A DNA stretch of 32,000 bases from Pseudoalteromonas translucida KMM 520 (GCF_001465295.1 NZ_CP011034.1:2520001-2552000); one strand, 5' to 3'. Positions 7,605 to 17,625 are shown, counted from the first letter of the stretch. Notes: generated from the sequence alone by a model not told the origin. Made by a program: numbers and translations.

Positions 7605-8489
7605 ATGGCTTCACATATTTCACTAAAACAACTTAGCGTATTTGTTAGTATTACCCAGCATATAACGCTAACAGCGGCCGCCGAAGCGTTATTTCTCTCT
7701 AAAGCGGCAGTGAGTATGGCACTTGCTGAGCTTGAAAAACAATTAGGCCACTCTTTATTTGATCGGGTTAATCATCGGCTTATTTTAAACCAAGAAGGAC
7801 AAAAGCTGTTACCTTTAGCTGATGAGTTACTTAATAGGGCAAGTAGTATTGATGCTTTATTTACCGATAATGCTCAGATAGCAGGAACATTAAAAATAGG
7901 GGCCAGTGATACTATAGGGAATCATATTCTCCCCACTTTACTGAGCGACTTTAGAGAACAAGAAAAGCATTATTCACAGCAAATTTTTATCTCAAATTCA
8001 GCACTTATTTGTCAAAAACTCATCGATTTTGAGCTCGATATTGCGCTTATTGAAGGCCAAGCTCATCATGGCGATCTAATATCGAGTGTGTTTAGTCAAG
8101 ATGAAATGTGTATTATTGCGCCATTCTCACACCCACTTGGCACTAAAAAACAGATTAACTTTAGTGACTTAACTAATAGCCAATGGGTTTTAAGGGAGCC
8201 TGGTTCTGGTTCGCGTAACTTTTTTTTACAGTCACTTGCCAATAATATTGAAAATTGGACCCAAAGTTTTGAGTTAAATACTACTGAGTCGATAATTAAC
8301 TGTGTATCGGCAGGGCTAGGGCTTGGCTGTTTATCGTCACTTGCAGCGCAGTACGCGCTTAAAAATGACCGCGTTAAACGCCTACCTTTATCTAGCCCAA
8401 TGCACAGGCAGTTTTGGCTTGTTATTCATAAAAACAAATACCAAAGTCCACTGTTAAAGAAATTTATGGCATTTTGCCAGCAACGCTAA
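7605..8489 (+). CDS. LysR family transcriptional regulator
   Basis: 294 aa. N-terminal wHTH (LKQLSVFVSITQHITLTAAAEALFLSKAAVSMALAELEKQLGHSLFDR) plus a LysR substrate-binding region. Divergent from the TDT transporter gene. Confidence 0.85.
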   Translation: MASHISLKQLSVFVSITQHITLTAAAEALFLSKAAVSMALAELEKQLGHSLFDRVNHRLILNQEGQKLLPLADELLNRASSIDALFTDNAQIAGTLKIGASDTIGNHILPTLLSDFREQEKHYSQQIFISNSALICQKLIDFELDIALIEGQAHHGDLISSVFSQDEMCIIAPFSHPLGTKKQINFSDLTNSQWVLREPGSGSRNFFLQSLANNIENWTQSFELNTTESIINCVSAGLGLGCLSSLAAQYALKNDRVKRLPLSSPMHRQFWLVIHKNKYQSPLLKKFMAFCQQR

Positions 8490-8549
8490 AGCCGAGTCGA
8501 TAAAAGGGCCATAATAAATTACCATGGCCTTGTTATTTATAATTAAACT

Positions 8550-10676
8550 TTAAAACGCGTAGCTCAATGCTAGGTTTAATGATCTTCCCTGCCCTGCTAA
8601 TTGCTCAAAGCCGGTTACGTTATTTTTTTTATACTCAGCAATGCTAACCCCACCTAATGGTAGTTGATAGTACTGATCAAATAAATTTGTTACCTCAACA
8701 CTGAGTGTAAATGCATCCCACACTGCTTTAGAACTTAAATTAACTAAATGATAGCTATCGGTTTGGTTTTCAAAGCGGTTGTTATCTATTCTTGTTTTAG
8801 TATCGACCCATTGCCATAAAAGCGAGTTTTCAACATTGCCAATTTGCTGGCTAATACCAAGCTGGGTTTGCAATGGTTTAATTTGATAAAGTGGCTGAGT
8901 GCTAGAGTTATCGTCGCGTTTGCCACGGGTGTTAGTTATATTTGCTTTTAACTGCCACTGACCTAACTGTTCAGATTGATAAATACTGGCACTTAAATCT
9001 ACTTTAGCGCCATATGAAATGGCATCTACATTAGTAAATTGCAAAATATTGCGGCTATTACCGTCAATGCCTGAGCTATTAAAGTTTCTTACTATGTCAG
9101 CATCAATATAATCACTCACATCGGTATACCAAATATTAGTACTTACACGCCAGCTGTCGTCTTCTGCCAATTTAGTATAAGTAGCACTCATTGTATGCGC
9201 GGTTTCAACGCCAAGATCTAGGGTGCCAATATAACCATTACCATCGCCGTACCAGCCAATCATGGTTGTTGCCATATTGCTAACCCCCCAACTGTATCGC
9301 TCGTATAAATTTGGCGCGCGATTTTTACGAGCAATACCAAGTTGCAATTCATCAACGTTAGTTATTTGGTAATTAATTAATACGTTTGCATCAACTACAG
9401 TATCGGTTTTATTTCTACTCCCTGCATTAAACGTATTTGCTGCCATAGCGTCACTTGGTCCCATATGCATACCGCCCATGTGCATACCTGTGTTATATGC
9501 CTGTACTTCATCTACTTGGGTATTTATATTTTCAATACGCACACCCGTGTTTAACCATAGTTTTTTACTATTTTGGCTTTCATATTCTGCAACAAGTGCA
9601 ATGCGTTGACGCTTACCATTATTAATATTTTTATAGTCGTTTGGCCCCATCATGGCCGAACCTGTAATACCTGGCCACCAATCATCAATACTGTAATGGT
9701 AATATTCTTGAGCTAGCAATATGCTACTATCGTTATCTAAATTAATACGCCATTTAAACTGGCTGCTTATATCTTCTGCATCGGTTTTCATTGGCATCAT
9801 GCCGGTTTTTTCTGCGCTAAAAAATCCCATATCGTGTTTTACGCTATGCCAATTTAGTTGCCCGGTAAATTCACTCTTTTTTAATGTTCTTTTATATTGT
9901 GCGATTGCCCCATAACTGGTGTTATCTGTCATATCCATATACTGATTAGCAAAGCCTTGATAGGGAATTTTTTGATGACTTAATTTAACTACAACTTGCT
10001 GTTTGTCGTCGCGTATAGCCGCTGTTAAGCTATGATTTTGGGCGCGATATAAAGTATCCAATACAGCATTGCCGTTACCGTCTTCATAGCTGTTTGCATC
10101 ACTAAACGAGCCCTGATAATTAGCGCTAAATGTATCACTTGCTAAACGCGCGCCTACCCCAAATTTACGACCATTATCAACAGTGCTGTACTTTGCCGAT
10201 ACATAACCAGAATGCCATGCTAAACCGCTATTTTGAGTGTACTGTGGTGCTATAGAGTTAACTCTTATTACACCTGCTATATTATCGCCACCCGCACTTA
10301 CCGGCGATACACCGGCAACCACATGATAAGACGTAACTTGGTTAGCCGATATATACGACAACGGCGGATTCATTTGATTAGCACATGCCGCTGTTACTTC
10401 TGCCCCATCAACTAACACTTTTACTCTGTCACCCATTAAACCATTTAAAATAGGCAAATTAGATACGCCACCAGCGGCTGAAAAATCAACTCCTAAATCT
10501 CGCAGCATTGAATCTGCAGAGCCAAGTGCTAAATGTTTATTTTGTATTTGCCCATGTACTTCTATTATTTCCAGTGCAGCATCATCGGCTAATACCAACG
10601 GTGATAAAAGTCCACTTATTAAAAGTACTAAAGGTGAGAGTAGGTATGTTTTTTGAGCTTTGCTTTTATAAACCAT
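8550..10676 (-). CDS. TonB-dependent outer-membrane receptor, OprC/NosA-like (putative copper receptor)
   Basis: 708 aa with a signal peptide, a plug region, a beta-barrel and a terminal ...LALSYAF. CANQM (C98..M102) and HDM (H281..M283) match the CxxxM-HxM copper site described for OprC, with similar spacing (about 180 aa). A Met/His-rich GMHMGGMHMG repeat is present. Confidence 0.8.
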   Translation of the reverse strand: MVYKSKAQKTYLLSPLVLLISGLLSPLVLADDAALEIIEVHGQIQNKHLALGSADSMLRDLGVDFSAAGGVSNLPILNGLMGDRVKVLVDGAEVTAACANQMNPPLSYISANQVTSYHVVAGVSPVSAGGDNIAGVIRVNSIAPQYTQNSGLAWHSGYVSAKYSTVDNGRKFGVGARLASDTFSANYQGSFSDANSYEDGNGNAVLDTLYRAQNHSLTAAIRDDKQQVVVKLSHQKIPYQGFANQYMDMTDNTSYGAIAQYKRTLKKSEFTGQLNWHSVKHDMGFFSAEKTGMMPMKTDAEDISSQFKWRINLDNDSSILLAQEYYHYSIDDWWPGITGSAMMGPNDYKNINNGKRQRIALVAEYESQNSKKLWLNTGVRIENINTQVDEVQAYNTGMHMGGMHMGPSDAMAANTFNAGSRNKTDTVVDANVLINYQITNVDELQLGIARKNRAPNLYERYSWGVSNMATTMIGWYGDGNGYIGTLDLGVETAHTMSATYTKLAEDDSWRVSTNIWYTDVSDYIDADIVRNFNSSGIDGNSRNILQFTNVDAISYGAKVDLSASIYQSEQLGQWQLKANITNTRGKRDDNSSTQPLYQIKPLQTQLGISQQIGNVENSLLWQWVDTKTRIDNNRFENQTDSYHLVNLSSKAVWDAFTLSVEVTNLFDQYYQLPLGGVSIAEYKKNNVTGFEQLAGQGRSLNLALSYAF

Positions 10677-11048
10677 TGTTAATTTATGCCACTGTAATAG
10701 TTGGCGTAATTATATAATGAACTGCAAAAACAAAAGCGCGACATATTGTCGCACTTTGTTAACTATAATCGGCATTTTCATATAAGTTTTAGCTAAGCTT
10801 ATCTTTTTATATTAGGTTATTTGTCTCTCTAAATTAACCACTCGACATTAAGGCTTTATTAAAGTATTAATTTACCTTTAACGGCCAGCTAATAGATGAC
10901 GTCCTATGTTATTTGGCTTAAAATGGCCGCCTATTTATTCCCAGCATTTACAACAACACTTCTTTTGCTTTTTCGCAGCAACAACACTTTACAGTTTGTT
11001 TGTTGCCCCTAGTTTTTATGAATTAAACATTAATCTCAAAGGATTTTT

Positions 11049-12251
11049 ATGACCGCTAATGTAGCGCCGCCATCTAATCAACTTAACCGAACAGCTATTT
11101 TAATCGTGCTTGCGCTCGGTACTTTTATTTTAGGATTATCTGAATTTTCGATGATGCCTATGCTGCCGCTGATCAGCGAAACTTTTGGCTCAACGCCGTC
11201 GCAAAGTGGTTACGCTATAAGCGCTTATGCTTTAGGTGTTGTTGTTGGTGCACCCATTTTAATGTTAACTACTGCAAACATGAGAAAACGCAAAGCGCTG
11301 CTTATATTTTTAAGCTTAATGTGTATTTCTAATAGCTTAAGCGCTTTTGCAACGTCACTTGAGCAACTGGTATTGTTTCGCTTTTTAAGTGGCTTGCCCC
11401 ATGGTGCTTATTTTGGTGCAGCTATTTTATTAGCCTCTGAAATTGCCCCAGCAGGTAAGCGCGCAAGCTTTATGTCGAAAGTTTTTATGGGCTTAACCAT
11501 CGCCACCATTGTTGGCGTACCTGTGGTAACTTTAGTGGGACAAAATTTAAGCTGGCGTTACTGCTTAGCCGGTGCAGGTGTTTTAGCTTTTATTGCTTTT
11601 ATTTTTGTATATAAAGTTGTGCCCAATATTGAAAATACTAAACCATCTAATTTACTTAATGAGTTTGGGGTATTAAAAAACAAGCTGGTTTGGTCTATTT
11701 TGGGGATTGTAATTATTGGTTTTGGTGGGGTGTTTTGTATTTACACCTATGTTGCCGATACTATTTTAGAAGTAACCGACACAGCGCCTTACACCATTTC
11801 AATTGCTATGGTGATGTTTGGTATTGGCTCAACGTTAGGCAATTATGTATTAGGTAAAGCGGCAGATAAATCTGCAATTAAAACAACTGGCTTAGTACTG
11901 GTTTGCACTATTGTATTTGCCTTTGCTTATGTAACCGCAAGCTATAACATTTGGCTGCTTTATGGGGTTATATTTTTTATTGGCTGCAGTTTAGGACTAG
12001 CAACACTAGTACAAACATTATTAATGGATGTATCTCCTAATGGGCATGCCATGATAGGCGCGTTAGTACAGTGTGCTTTTAATGTTGCGAATGCAATTGG
12101 CCCTTGGGTTGGAGGCATAGCAATTGCACAAGGTGCAGCACCAAATCAAACAGGCTATGTTGCCGCTGCTCTTTTTGTTGGTGGGTTTTTTATGTGGTTA
12201 CTTAGCTACTTACAAATGAGCAATAAATCGTTTGTAGTAAAAGAAGCTTAA
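11049..12251 (+). CDS. MFS transporter (DHA1-like, 12 TM)
   Basis: 400 aa and hydrophobic throughout. It has an MFS motif-A-like loop (TANMRKRKALL). Overall it resembles YdhP/AraJ-type efflux proteins. Confidence 0.8.
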   Translation: MTANVAPPSNQLNRTAILIVLALGTFILGLSEFSMMPMLPLISETFGSTPSQSGYAISAYALGVVVGAPILMLTTANMRKRKALLIFLSLMCISNSLSAFATSLEQLVLFRFLSGLPHGAYFGAAILLASEIAPAGKRASFMSKVFMGLTIATIVGVPVVTLVGQNLSWRYCLAGAGVLAFIAFIFVYKVVPNIENTKPSNLLNEFGVLKNKLVWSILGIVIIGFGGVFCIYTYVADTILEVTDTAPYTISIAMVMFGIGSTLGNYVLGKAADKSAIKTTGLVLVCTIVFAFAYVTASYNIWLLYGVIFFIGCSLGLATLVQTLLMDVSPNGHAMIGALVQCAFNVANAIGPWVGGIAIAQGAAPNQTGYVAAALFVGGFFMWLLSYLQMSNKSFVVKEA

Positions 12252-12258
12252 TAACTAA

Positions 12259-12292
12259 AGAGAGCCGCTAATTTGCGGCTCTCTTTTCTTTT
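12259..12292 (+). terminator. rho-independent terminator of the MFS gene
   Basis: AGAGAGCCGC-taattt-GCGGCTCTCT followed by TTTCTTTT. Confidence 0.8.
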
Positions 12293-12308
12293 AATTTACT
12301 CGGTGCAA

Positions 12309-13355
12309 TTAAACACTTAACGATGCCATATCAATAACAAAGCGATAACGAACATCAGACTTTTCCATTCGCTCATAAGCTGTATTAATTTCATCAATAT
12401 TGATCATTTCACATTCGGGCAATACATTATGCTCGCCACAAAAATCAAGCATTTGCTGCGTTTGTGCAATACCACCAATGAGTGAGCCTGCAATACGGCG
12501 ACGTCCCATTAATAATGGCACTGTGCTTAGCTCATCAACAGGACCAACTTGACCAACAATAACCAGCGTGCCATCAATATCGAGCAGTGGTGTGTAAATA
12601 GATAGGTCATGCTTTACCGGTACGGTATCAATAATAACGTCAAAGGCTGACTGCGCACTTTTCATTGCATCATCGTTTGACGACACTAAATTATGCTGGG
12701 CACCTAGCTTAACCGCATCGTCTTTTTTAGACTCACTACGGCCAACTACCGTAACGCTTGCGCCCATAGCAACTGCGTTTTTAACCGCCATATGACCAAG
12801 CCCACCTAAACCAACCACAGCAACACGACTGCTTTTTTAACGCCCCACTTATTTAATGGCGAGTAGGTAGTAATGCCTGCACACAATAGCGGTGCAACAC
12901 GCGACAGCTCTAAGTTTTTAGGTACTGAGAGTACAAACTCTTCACGCACTACAACATGTTTAGCATATCCACCTTGGGTCATATCGCCGTTAACACGATC
13001 TGTTCCTGCGTATGTACCTACCATGCCTTCACGGCAAAACTGCTCTTCGTTGTTATCGCACTGATCGCAACTTTTACATGAGTCGACCATACAGCCAACA
13101 GCCACCGTATCGCCTTGCTTATATTTTGTAACGTCGCTGCCTACCGACATAACCTTACCAACAATTTCGTGTCCGGGTACTAACGGGTAGCGACTACCGC
13201 CCCAATCAATTACGTACCGCGTGCAAGTCTGAATGACAAACTCCACAGTATAATATTTCAATTTCTACATCGTTATTTCGTAAATCGCGGCGCTCAAAAG
13301 AAAACTCGGTGAGTTCTGAACCTTGGATTTTTGCTGCATATCCTACTGTTTTCAT
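12309..13355 (-). pseudogene. Zn-dependent NAD(P) alcohol dehydrogenase (YahK/cinnamyl-ADH type) interrupted by two 1-nt frameshifts
   Basis: Three consecutive ORF pieces together form one ADH: MKTVGYAA..CGVCHSDLHAVRN / DWGGSRYPLVPGHEIVG..CKSCDQCDNNEEQFC..LLCAGITTYSPLNKWGVKK / (S)RVAVVGLGGLGHMAV... Shift 1 is at about 13208-13211 (cgtaaTtgattgggg). Shift 2 is at the plus-strand T6 run 12833-12838, where an A7 run on the coding strand would restore ..VKKSSRVAVVGLGGLGH. Confidence 0.8.
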
Positions 13356-13429
13356 AATAACTCCATAGTATGTTAAAAATATAAATACCAAATAAGTATA
13401 CTTGCTTAGCTGTGAACACTAACTGATGA

Positions 13430-13455
13430 TAAAAACCCAAGCCATGCGCTTGGGT
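13430..13455 (-). terminator. rho-independent terminator after the DUF1499 gene
   Basis: On the minus strand: ACCCAAGC-gcatg-GCTTGGGT followed by TTTTT. Confidence 0.65.
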
Positions 13456-13515
13456 TCGATAATTTGATTGTTGGTAACTAAATTGTTAGTAACTTAATAT
13501 TTAGGTTTACCCTAC

Positions 13516-14229
13516 TTATTTTGCTAGCACCGCGTTTAATTCATCTACAAATGTATGAATACGCTCTGCATTTTTACCTAAATCACTGCGACCAATACGC
13601 GACTTACTACGAATATCAACAAAACGCTGAGAGCCTTCATCCTTAATACGCACCACTATATCGTCTTTAAAACCAAACCAGGTGGTAGTCTCGGTTGCTT
13701 CAACAATCCCTTGACTGGCATCACTATTAACTAACTCCCAACCCAAGTTTTTAATGGCTTGCACTGTAGCCGCAACTAGCTCACTTTTTGGGTAAGCATA
13801 ATTAAGGGTGGTCAGTTCCGGGTAAGCTTTAAGCTGTTGCGCAGCAGTTTCAGCCCCGGCATAGGCCACTGGGTTTGGCGCATCGGCACGCAATAGTGCA
13901 ATAGCTACAAACTTTGGTGGATTAACTACGTCTGTCGAAATGTCATGAATTGGCGGCACACTTTTCGCTTTATCCATCATATTAAGTGGCATAAAAATAG
14001 CAATACCCGCAAATACAACAGCCACTATAGTGCTTCTTACAGTGGCTGTTTTACGCATAAATATAACCTGCACTAAAAGTAATACAAGCGCAGCTCCCCC
14101 CACGTAAACGCCAAACCTAAGTCCAGCAAACGCTGTGCCTAATTCAACAACACCAAATTTATATAATGGCCCGGGCAATACAACCATTAAAAAGGCGATT
14201 AAACTCACCAAACTTACTAAAACTTTCAT
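13516..14229 (-). CDS. membrane-anchored DUF1499 domain protein
   Basis: The ORF track gives 13516..14247. The internal ATG at 14229 (MKVLVSL...) is preceded by GGAG at 7-nt spacing, so I prefer it. Three N-terminal TM helices are followed by a soluble domain ending ...VDIRSKSRIGRSDLGKNAERIHTFVDEL, which resembles the DUF1499 signature. Confidence 0.65.
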   Translation of the reverse strand: MKVLVSLVSLIAFLMVVLPGPLYKFGVVELGTAFAGLRFGVYVGGAALVLLLVQVIFMRKTATVRSTIVAVVFAGIAIFMPLNMMDKAKSVPPIHDISTDVVNPPKFVAIALLRADAPNPVAYAGAETAAQQLKAYPELTTLNYAYPKSELVAATVQAIKNLGWELVNSDASQGIVEATETTTWFGFKDDIVVRIKDEGSQRFVDIRSKSRIGRSDLGKNAERIHTFVDELNAVLAK

Positions 14230-14312
14230 TAAATTACTCCAATACATGAATTTTTTATTCGTAAACGGCTTTATACTGTTTGCAATGGAATTTGGGTTAC
14301 ATTGATAACGAA

Positions 14313-15653
14313 TTAAACCATAAAATCTAATGTCGACTGATTAAAGTACTTTAAATTTGGAAATATATCACCTAATTCTGAAGCAGGAACACCAAACCAC
14401 TTAGCAAGTGTGGAAAAATATTGCTCATTTGCAACACTTGGGATTAATCGCCCTCGCCCTGTATCTTGTGGGCCATCTAAATGTTGAGTTAATAACTCCC
14501 CATATATATCGGCGCCTTTAACTGCGCCTCCCATAACTATTTGGTTTCCTGCCCAACCATGATCTGTGCCATCGCCATTAGATGTTAGCGTACGGCCAAA
14601 GTCCGACATAGTAAACGACGTTACTTTGTCAGCCATATTCAGCTCATTCATCGCACTATTAAACTCGTTAAGTCCTTGTGCTAGTGTGCTAAGCAATGCA
14701 GGGTGAGTATTCAATTGATTATCGTGTGTATCAAACCCTCCCATAGAAACAAAAAACACTTGGCGCTGCGTGCTTAACTTTGCTTGCACACTAATCGCTT
14801 TGGTTACCGCAGCTAGTTGCTTCGACAACCCTGTATCGCTAAATGAGGTAATAAGTTCAGGCGCGGCTTCAAGCGCACTATTCATTGTTTGGGTATTTAT
14901 TATCGCTGAATTAAAACTATTAGCATAAGCACCCGTTAATGGATGATGCGTATTACCCATTATACGGTTCATTATATTGGTTACATGAGCTGTATGTGCG
15001 CTATTACCAGCCAAGGCATTAATTTTACTAATACCACTTTTATTAAGCGAAAATGCCTTAGTTTGAGCGCCTGTTTGCCAAAGGTTGGTGCCATCGAGCG
15101 ATATGTTAGCAGCAAACTGATCTTGCTGATTTAAGCGCTCTAGTAAACGCGCGCCCCAACCATTATTTAGCGATGCCTTTTCACGGCCATACATCCACGC
15201 TGCTTGTTGATTGTTATGTGAAAACAAGTGTTGAGGCAGCGGTACTGCTTTATTTTTATAATCGTCAAGTGTGGTCGGTGCAAGCAGAGTACCTACCCCG
15301 CCAACAAACGCTAAATTAGCCGAGTCAAACACACTTTGCATGGGTGCAAGTGCTGGGTGCAGCCCTACACCACCAGCAAACGAAGACTGCGTATTAAGTG
15401 CAATAGGCGACTTTACAGCTAAATTCTGCCTGCTTTGCTCGTATAACTTACGCTGTTCGCCCTCTAATGGCATTAGCATATTAAGTGAATCGTTCCCACC
15501 ATATAAAAATATGCACACTAGTGCTTTATAATCACCTAATTCAACGGCATTAGTTGCGCCGGTTAATGCTTGAAGTTGTAAACTGGTTAACGCCGCTGCC
15601 GACACTCCACCTTTTAAACATAACGACAAAAATTGCCTTCTATTTATGCTCAT
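14313..15653 (-). CDS. Tat-exported DUF1501 protein (sulfatase/alkaline-phosphatase-like fold)
   Basis: 446 aa. Twin-arginine signal MSINRRQFLSL...; DUF1501 signature blocks FLYGGNDSLNMLMP, MGGFDTHDNQ and SDFGRTLTSNGDGTDHGW. AGGAGAG SD upstream. Confidence 0.8.
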   Translation of the reverse strand: MSINRRQFLSLCLKGGVSAAALTSLQLQALTGATNAVELGDYKALVCIFLYGGNDSLNMLMPLEGEQRKLYEQSRQNLAVKSPIALNTQSSFAGGVGLHPALAPMQSVFDSANLAFVGGVGTLLAPTTLDDYKNKAVPLPQHLFSHNNQQAAWMYGREKASLNNGWGARLLERLNQQDQFAANISLDGTNLWQTGAQTKAFSLNKSGISKINALAGNSAHTAHVTNIMNRIMGNTHHPLTGAYANSFNSAIINTQTMNSALEAAPELITSFSDTGLSKQLAAVTKAISVQAKLSTQRQVFFVSMGGFDTHDNQLNTHPALLSTLAQGLNEFNSAMNELNMADKVTSFTMSDFGRTLTSNGDGTDHGWAGNQIVMGGAVKGADIYGELLTQHLDGPQDTGRGRLIPSVANEQYFSTLAKWFGVPASELGDIFPNLKYFNQSTLDFMV

Positions 15654-15663
15654 TATGTCTCTC

Positions 15664-17595
15664 CTAATACTGTAAATTAAATTCAGGTGAAATTGCTACC
15701 ATATAAAGTAAATACGATATGCGTTGACGGATTTGGCTATCATTAAAATAAGCGTCTAAATCGACTAACGCCTGGCGGGTCTCGCGGCTCATTGAGCCTG
15801 CAAAGTACAAAATATTGTATTGATCAAGCAGCGAGTGTATACCTTTATTTTTTAGGTGGTTCATGTCGTCTTTAATAAAAACATATATTATTTTGGGGAC
15901 TAAAGAGGTGTTCCCCTCTGCTGCACGCCACATTAAATCTGAATAATGTTTATTCATTATACCAATTAAAGTAGCATCACTGGCTATTTGTAACTCAGGC
16001 GCAACTAAGCCCTCATTACGTAAGTAAGTTGGTTGGTAATCAGGTCTGAAAAAATTAAATACCGAAGACGACTCCATTGGTCCCTGTCCATAGGTATTAT
16101 ATAGCCCCCATGTATTGTAATAACCAATAGCTGATTTAGCATCTAAGTTACGCCAAAATTGTATTGTGGTTAACAACGGTTCTTTGAGTTTCCCCTGATA
16201 ATTTAAAACACTGCCAAAGTGGCGTGCCTCATCATCTAAATAAATAGCCGTAATAACTGCCGCTAAATCACCGCGCACCCCAGCGCCGTTATCATTAAAA
16301 ACACTGGCAACACGGGCAACATATTGCGCAGTTGGGTTTGAAGTAATTAACCGCTGTATTAGTTGCTTACTAATAAATGGAGCTACATTATTGTGGTTAA
16401 ATAAGTTATCTAGGGCTATTTTCAGCGTTTCTTCTGGTCCATACCCTGCTGGTATAATTTCACCACTTAACAGCGTTTTTTGTTTACTTGAATGGTATTC
16501 ACTAAATGCCTTCATCGGCTGTATAAAATTATTATTTTTTTGCTTAAATGTTTCACTACCTGCAAATGTCCACCCTGTAAATACGCGTGCAAACCCCTGT
16601 ATTTGAGGCTGTCCGTAAGTAGCAATAGTATTACCTTGTGCGTCCAGTTTTGGGGTCGCATCTAAATTGAGTTCTTCAAGGCCTATTGTAAATAACTGCA
16701 TCACTTCGCGGGCGTAGTTTTCATCTGGGCGAATATTAAGCTCATCATTTGCCTTTTCATTACCTAAATGGCTTAAAAAAGTACCCATAATTGGCGACAG
16801 CGTAACATCTTCAAGTAGGTCTCTGTAATTGCCAAAGGTATGCTTAAGCAATATATCGTAGTAATTAATCATTCCTTCAGGCTGACTACCTACATTACCA
16901 TTTGCATCCGACACCACCAATATTTGACTCAACGCAAAAGCCACACGTTGACGTAATTGATCGTCGCTATGCAACACCCCTTTCCACCATGCATCAATAC
17001 GGTTGATATATTGGAAATTAGTTTGGCCCGGGGTTTTAACTAAATATCTACTATGATAGTTAATTGGTAGCGCCATTTGCTGCTTAAGCCATTGCAGCTC
17101 GCTTAACCCTTGTGCTTGGCGTATTTCTTTTAAGGTTGGTCCCATAGTACCTTGATGTAGTATGCGTGCCGCAGCAATTTCATCCATGCTATTTCGTGCG
17201 ACAAAGCTTACAGTTTTAACGTTAGTAGCCCCTTCGTTATCAGTTGCCGTTACACTAAAAACGTATTCCATTGCTGCGTAACTTTGCGCATCAGGTAAAG
17301 TAATAGTGACACTACTAGCATTTACAGGTGCATTAAGCACTTTATGTCCCGCTGTTTGCTCCCATACGATACTGCTGATAGTGCCATCGGCATCACTTGC
17401 TATTGCGCTTAACTCAACAACCTGTCCGCTAACGATATCATTTACGTTATTTGTTACCGATAGTGTGGGGGGGGTATTTTCGCTTACAATTGGTGTTTCA
17501 GCCGAGCCTGATCCCACGTCCGAACCAGAGCTAGAGCCACCACAAGCACAGAGATATAAAGCAGAAATAGTTAGTAAAAAAGTTCTATAGTACAT
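15664..17595 (-). CDS. DUF1800 lipoprotein with N-terminal PKD/Ig-like domain
   Basis: 643 aa. Lipobox-like LYLCAC|GG and a Ser/Gly linker, then a beta-rich module of about 90 aa (..VVELSAIASDADGTISSIVWEQTAG..FSVTATDNEGAT..). DUF1800 signature NYAREVMQLFTIGLEE...GFARVFTGWTF. Its TAG stop sits inside the SD of the DUF1501 gene. Confidence 0.75.
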   Translation of the reverse strand: MYYRTFLLTISALYLCACGGSSSGSDVGSGSAETPIVSENTPPTLSVTNNVNDIVSGQVVELSAIASDADGTISSIVWEQTAGHKVLNAPVNASSVTITLPDAQSYAAMEYVFSVTATDNEGATNVKTVSFVARNSMDEIAAARILHQGTMGPTLKEIRQAQGLSELQWLKQQMALPINYHSRYLVKTPGQTNFQYINRIDAWWKGVLHSDDQLRQRVAFALSQILVVSDANGNVGSQPEGMINYYDILLKHTFGNYRDLLEDVTLSPIMGTFLSHLGNEKANDELNIRPDENYAREVMQLFTIGLEELNLDATPKLDAQGNTIATYGQPQIQGFARVFTGWTFAGSETFKQKNNNFIQPMKAFSEYHSSKQKTLLSGEIIPAGYGPEETLKIALDNLFNHNNVAPFISKQLIQRLITSNPTAQYVARVASVFNDNGAGVRGDLAAVITAIYLDDEARHFGSVLNYQGKLKEPLLTTIQFWRNLDAKSAIGYYNTWGLYNTYGQGPMESSSVFNFFRPDYQPTYLRNEGLVAPELQIASDATLIGIMNKHYSDLMWRAAEGNTSLVPKIIYVFIKDDMNHLKNKGIHSLLDQYNILYFAGSMSRETRQALVDLDAYFNDSQIRQRISYLLYMVAISPEFNLQY

Positions 17596-17625
17596 GTGAA
17601 TTTGTTCTCACCTCAATTAAAGCAC

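Noticed and set aside
10896-11012. A 38-codon hydrophobic ORF (MTSYVIWLKMAAYLFPAFTTTLLLLFRSNNTLQFVCCP) in the 372-nt gap upstream of the MFS gene
   Set aside because: It has no SD, is short, and lies in an AT-rich intergenic region where such frames arise by chance. I could not tie it to any leader-peptide or attenuator structure.
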